Positions 27,406-32,000 of a stretch of 32,000 nucleotides of DNA are shown here, piece after piece. The position numbers were made by a program, and so were the translations under genes. Under the pieces are notes generated by a model. It saw only the letters and a list, made by a program, of their open reading frames with translations, made no database searches and was not told where the DNA came from. How positions within the stretch are numbered: position 1 is the stretch's first letter; each line of letters starts with the position of its first letter. This DNA comes from Pseudomonas aeruginosa (GTDB taxonomy: Bacteria > Pseudomonadota > Gammaproteobacteria > Pseudomonadales > Pseudomonadaceae), in assembly GCF_001457615.1 (NCBI RefSeq), contig NZ_LN831024.1, positions 4,560,001 through 4,592,000 on the forward strand, written 5' to 3'.

Positions 27406-27655
27406 CGGACACTGATCGTTCTGACAGGTCCGCCACCTTCCCGCCGGCTTCCCTTCCCCGCCCCCATGGCGGCCCTTTGCCTGCCTCTACCGGCTCACAG
27501 TGCGGGTGCCGACCGCTTTGCATTCCGCGACATCCATCAGGAATGGGTAGCGAATCTGACCGGCCCGTCACATTTGGTAGGGACCTCAAACCGGCACCGA
27601 GGGCTAGGATCAGCCCGCTTCGAAATGAATCCGGTTCTGGAAAAAAGGACTTGTC

Positions 27656-28825
27656 ATGAAACACTACTCAGCCACCCTGGCACTCCTGCCACTCACCCTC
27701 GCCCTGTTCCTGCCCCAGGCAGCCCATGCCCACGGCTCGATGGAAACGCCGCCCAGTCGGGTCTACGGCTGCTTCCTCGAAGGTCCGGAGAATCCCAAGT
27801 CGGCCGCCTGCAAGGCCGCCGTCGCCGCCGGCGGCACCCAGGCGCTGTACGACTGGAATGGCGTCAACCAGGGCAACGCCAACGGCAACCACCAGGCGGT
27901 GGTCCCCGACGGCCAGCTCTGCGGCGCCGGCAAGGCACTGTTCAAGGGCCTGAACCTGGCTCGCAGCGACTGGCCCAGCACTGCCATCGCGCCGGACGCC
28001 AGCGGCAACTTCCAGTTCGTCTACAAGGCCAGCGCGCCGCACGCGACCCGCTACTTCGACTTCTACATCACCAAGGACGGCTACAACCCCGAGAAGCCGC
28101 TGGCCTGGAGCGACCTGGAACCCGCGCCGTTCTGCTCGATCACCAGCGTCAAGCTGGAGAACGGCACCTACCGGATGAACTGCCCGCTGCCCCAGGGCAA
28201 GACCGGCAAGCATGTGATCTATAACGTCTGGCAGCGCTCGGACAGCCCGGAAGCCTTCTACGCCTGCATCGACGTGAGCTTCAGCGGCGCCGTCGCCAAC
28301 CCCTGGCAAGCGCTGGGCAACCTGCGCGCGCAGCAGGACCTGCCAGCCGGTGCTACCGTCACCCTGCGTCTGTTCGATGCCCAGGGCCGCGACGCCCAGC
28401 GTCACAGCCTGACCCTGGCCCAGGGCGCCAACGGTGCCAAGCAATGGCCGCTGGCGCTGGCGCAGAAGGTCAACCAGGACTCCACCCTGGTCAACATCGG
28501 CGTGCTGGATGCCTACGGGGCGGTCAGCCCGGTGGCCAGCTCGCAGGACAACCAGGTCTACGTGCGCCAGGCCGGCTACCGCTTCCAGATCGACATCGAA
28601 CTGCCGGTCGAGGGCGGCGGCGAGCAACCGGGCGGCGACGGCAAGGTCGACTTCGACTATCCGCAAGGCCTGCAGCAATACGACGCCGGGACCGTAGTGC
28701 GCGGTGCCGATGGCAAGCGCTACCAGTGCAAGCCCTACCCGAACTCCGGCTGGTGCAAGGGCTGGGACCTCTACTACGCCCCGGGCAAGGGCATGGCCTG
28801 GCAGGACGCCTGGACCCTGCTGTAA
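27656..28825 (+). CDS. cbpD: Chitin-binding protein CbpD (AA10 lytic polysaccharide monooxygenase with C-terminal carbohydrate-binding module)
   Basis: 389 aa. The signal peptide ends AHA directly before the His1 of HGSMETPPSR. The C-terminal CBM-like sequence YQCKPYPNSGWCKGWDLYYAPGKGMAWQDAW is present, with an AGGA SD. Confidence 0.9.
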   Translation: MKHYSATLALLPLTLALFLPQAAHAHGSMETPPSRVYGCFLEGPENPKSAACKAAVAAGGTQALYDWNGVNQGNANGNHQAVVPDGQLCGAGKALFKGLNLARSDWPSTAIAPDASGNFQFVYKASAPHATRYFDFYITKDGYNPEKPLAWSDLEPAPFCSITSVKLENGTYRMNCPLPQGKTGKHVIYNVWQRSDSPEAFYACIDVSFSGAVANPWQALGNLRAQQDLPAGATVTLRLFDAQGRDAQRHSLTLAQGANGAKQWPLALAQKVNQDSTLVNIGVLDAYGAVSPVASSQDNQVYVRQAGYRFQIDIELPVEGGGEQPGGDGKVDFDYPQGLQQYDAGTVVRGADGKRYQCKPYPNSGWCKGWDLYYAPGKGMAWQDAWTLL

Positions 28826-28832
28826 CGCCCTC

Positions 28833-28866
28833 GACTGCCGCCCGCTCCGGGCGGCAGTCGTTTTCG
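28833..28866 (+). terminator. Rho-independent terminator of cbpD
   Basis: GACTGCCGCCC-gctcc-GGGCGGCAGTC followed by GTTTTC. Confidence 0.8.
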
Positions 28867-29001
28867 CCGCCAGGCACCCGCCGCGAGACGGCGAATCCGC
28901 GCAACGGTACAGTCCCCCGGCGAAACCCTGGCTACGTGTGCCTGTTCAATCTGCCGTGCGCTCCCTAGGCTGGTCCGACCACCAGCACGGGGAAACCACG
29001 C

Positions 29002-29964
29002 ATGCCTTTTTCTCTCGCCGCCCTCCAACAGGCCGCCGCCATCGTCCACCAGAGCCTGCCGCCGACGCCGCAGATACGCTGGCCGCTGCTATGCGAGGCA
29101 CTGGGTTGCGAAGTGTGGATGAAGCACGAGAACCACCTGCCGGTGGGGGCCTTCAAACTGCGCGGCGGCCTGGTGTATTTCCACCACCTGGCGCACCAGG
29201 GCGAGCGGCCGGCCGCCGTGATCAGCGCGACCCGCGGCAACCACGGCCAGTCGGTGGCCTTCTCGGCGAGCCGCTACGGCATCCAGCCGATCATCGTCGT
29301 GCCGCACGGCAACAGCCGCGAGAAGAACGCGGCGATGCGCAGCCTTGGCGCGGAGCTGATCGAGCACGGCGAGGACTTCCAGGCCTCCCGCGAATACGCC
29401 GCCGAGCGCGCCCGGCGCGAAGGCCTGCACCTGATTCCGGCGTTCCATCCCTGGCTGGTGGCCGGGGTCGCCAGCTACAGCCTGGAGTTGTTCGCCGCGC
29501 TGGCCGACCTTGACGAAGTCTACGTGCCGATCGGTATGGGTTCGGGCATCTGCGGCCTGATCGCCGCGCGCGACGCGCTGGGCCTGAAGACCCGCATCGT
29601 CGGCGTAGTGTCCGCCCATGCGCCGGCCTACGCCCTGTCGTTCGAGGCCGGCACGGCGATCAGCCACCCGGTCGACACCCGCCTGGCCGACGGCATGGCG
29701 TGCAGTACGCCGGACCCGAGCGCGCTGGAAATGATCCTGGCCGGTGCCGATCGTCTGGTGCGGGTCAGCGACAGGGAGATCGGCGCGGCCATGCGCCTGT
29801 GCTTCACCAGCACCCACAACGTCGCCGAGGGCGCCGGGGTGGCGGCGCTGGCCGCCGCCTGGCAGGAGCGCGAGCGCCTGAAGGGGCTGAAGGTAGGCCT
29901 GATCCTCAGCGGAGCGAACGTCGACCGCGAGGTATTCGCCGAGCAACTGGCCGCCGGCGACTGA
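29002..29964 (+). CDS. PLP-dependent threonine/serine dehydratase-family protein (PA0851-like)
   Basis: 320 aa. The PLP-lysine motif GAFKLRG and the glycine loop GMGSGICG are present. Confidence 0.85.
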   Translation: MPFSLAALQQAAAIVHQSLPPTPQIRWPLLCEALGCEVWMKHENHLPVGAFKLRGGLVYFHHLAHQGERPAAVISATRGNHGQSVAFSASRYGIQPIIVVPHGNSREKNAAMRSLGAELIEHGEDFQASREYAAERARREGLHLIPAFHPWLVAGVASYSLELFAALADLDEVYVPIGMGSGICGLIAARDALGLKTRIVGVVSAHAPAYALSFEAGTAISHPVDTRLADGMACSTPDPSALEMILAGADRLVRVSDREIGAAMRLCFTSTHNVAEGAGVAALAAAWQERERLKGLKVGLILSGANVDREVFAEQLAAGD

Positions 29965-29974
29965 GCCGGCGCCG

Positions 29975-30394
29975 CTAGGCCAGCCCCGCGAGGAGCAGCA
30001 GCCACCAGGCGAGCACCAGCAACTGCACGAAGAAGCCGGCAAAACGCAGCCAGACGAACAGCGCGGAGGTGCTGACCAGGTGCATCAGCGACTGGAACAG
30101 CCGGGCGCCGAGCACCAGCGGCGCCAACGGGTCGGTCAGGCTGCTCTGCCCGCTGGCGATCGCGTAGAGCAGCGCGCCGGCCAGCAGCGGCAGGTTCTCC
30201 ACGCAGTTGGCATGGACTCGCACCAGCCGCTGGCCGAAACCGCCAGGCGTGTTGCTGCCATCGGCGGCGAAGGCGTTCACCGCCATCCGCCCGCCGAGTA
30301 CCAGCAGGCCGCGCTGGCTGACCAGCAGGAAGACCAGCAACAGGGTCCAGGCGATCAGGCCGAGCAGGCAGATCGCGCTAGGGCTGAGAAACAT
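29975..30394 (-). CDS. MAPEG-family membrane protein (PA0850-like)
   Basis: 139 aa with four hydrophobic segments. The motif RVHANCVENLPLLAG is typical of MAPEG. An AAGGAG SD is present. Confidence 0.8.
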   Translation of the reverse strand: MFLSPSAICLLGLIAWTLLLVFLLVSQRGLLVLGGRMAVNAFAADGSNTPGGFGQRLVRVHANCVENLPLLAGALLYAIASGQSSLTDPLAPLVLGARLFQSLMHLVSTSALFVWLRFAGFFVQLLVLAWWLLLLAGLA

Positions 30395-30443
30395 GGATGA
30401 CGCTCCTTCTATTGTGTTGTCGTGGGAAGGATGAAGCGTCTGG

Positions 30444-30472
30444 ATTCTAGGCCGGCTAGAGCAATTGCTCTA
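30444..30472 (-). promoter_or_regulatory. Candidate promoter/operator of the MAPEG gene: -10 TAGAAT (30444-30449) and a perfect 16-bp palindrome TAGAGCAATTGCTCTA (30457-30472) over the -35 region
   Basis: Both were read directly. The palindrome is fully self-complementary. Confidence 0.35.
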
Positions 30473-30584
30473 TTCGCAGTCCGCCGTCCTTAAGTCGTGT
30501 TCTGCCGGCACGCCGCTCGGCCCCGATGTACGCCGTCGGCGGATGCGTAACCGGACGACCCACTGCCCGCGGCCTTCCGAACGG

Positions 30585-30612
30585 ACAAAGAAAAGCCCCG
30601 CCGAAGCGGGGC
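30585..30612 (-). terminator. Rho-independent terminator of trxB2
   Basis: Minus strand: GCCCCGC-ttcg-GCGGGGC followed by TTTTCTTTG. Confidence 0.85.
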
Positions 30613-30647
30613 CTTCCTTGCACGCAGCACTCAGGGCTGTCTTCTCA

Positions 30648-31619
<972 letters not shown>

Positions 31620-31701
31620 TCAGCGTCGGCGCGAATAAAAACGGGGCCACCAAAGCACATGGGGAAGGCTTGGAAGGAGCGGTCGCCCCGGGAAAAGGTC
31701 G

Positions 31702-31724
31702 GCCGGGCACACTTCGCGCCCGGC
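31702..31724 (-). other. Hairpin between ahpB and trxB2 (GCCGGGC-gcgaagtgt-GCCCGGC, weak CGACCTTTTCC tail)
   Basis: A 7-bp stem read on the minus strand. It may be a partial terminator or attenuator. Confidence 0.4.
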
Positions 31725-31731
31725 ATCGGGA

Positions 31732-32000
31732 TCACAGTGCCTCGGCGTTCTCGGCCAGGTACGAGGCCACGCCCTCGGCGCTCGCCTTCATGCCTTTCTG
31801 GCCCTTGCGCCAGCCGGCCGGGCAGACCTCGCCGTGTTCCTCGGTGAACTGCAGGGCCTCGACCAGGCGCACCATCTCGTCCACCTCGCGCCCCAGCGGC
31901 AGGTTGTTCACCACTTGGTGCTGGACCACCCCGGCGCGGTCGATCAGGAACGAAGCACGCAAGGCCACGCCGTCCTCGTGCTCGATGCCGTAGGCGCGGG
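31732..32000 (-). CDS. ahpB: 2-Cys peroxiredoxin (alkyl hydroperoxide reductase), C-terminal part; the 5' end lies beyond the window
   Basis: The frame is open to the window edge. The C-terminal Prx sequence LRASFLIDRAGVVQHQVVN...HGEVCPAGW includes the resolving-Cys motif. Confidence 0.85.
   Translation of the reverse strand, partial: RAYGIEHEDGVALRASFLIDRAGVVQHQVVNNLPLGREVDEMVRLVEALQFTEEHGEVCPAGWRKGQKGMKASAEGVASYLAENAEAL

Overview
This is a high-GC gamma-proteobacterial chromosomal segment. From memory (no search was possible) I recognise it as Pseudomonas aeruginosa core genome, syntenic with PAO1 PA0876 down to PA0848, so gene numbers descend along the + strand. Twenty-nine protein genes tile the window. 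In order they are: a LysR regulator divergent from a FUSC-type efflux protein; a small DUF2790-like secreted protein in a lower-GC islet; the Phe/Tyr catabolic set (phhR divergent from phhA-phhB-phhC, then aroP2 and hpd), interrupted by pbpG, arfB and mliC; an AraC regulator; a frameshifted XapX-like mini-gene upstream of an MDR oxidoreductase; undA (1-undecene synthase) just downstream of the c-di-GMP phosphodiesterase gene rbdA; a tightly coupled trhO / cytoplasmic DsbA-like / ABC exporter operon; a DUF2059 gene with bolA; a DUF2804 gene; fumC2 overlapping a flavodoxin-like NAD(P)H quinone reductase gene; cbpD (AA10 LPMO); a threonine-dehydratase-like gene; a MAPEG gene; trxB2; and the 3' part of ahpB. 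I also call about ten rho-independent terminators, TyrR/PhhR-type boxes upstream of phhA and hpd, and REP palindromes at 1-66 and 8591-8676. I found no rRNA, tRNA, CRISPR array, IS, integrase or phage genes. I see no convincing novel multi-gene system such as a defence island or toxin module; every gene-sized stretch is explained by a recognisable family. The most checkable oddities are these. (1) The XapX/DUF1427-like gene is split by a -1 frame change on a C5 tract, and its unshifted frame reads in-frame into the oxidoreductase. (2) undA sits 74 bp behind rbdA with no terminator between them. (3) PhhR carries GAFEGA instead of GAFTGA, and I can find no -24/-12 promoter. (4) The trhO-dsbA-like-ABC operon is uncharacterised, and two terminators sit immediately upstream of it. 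(5) The rbdA upstream region is structured and AT-rich. (6) A perfect 16-bp palindrome overlaps the MAPEG gene promoter.
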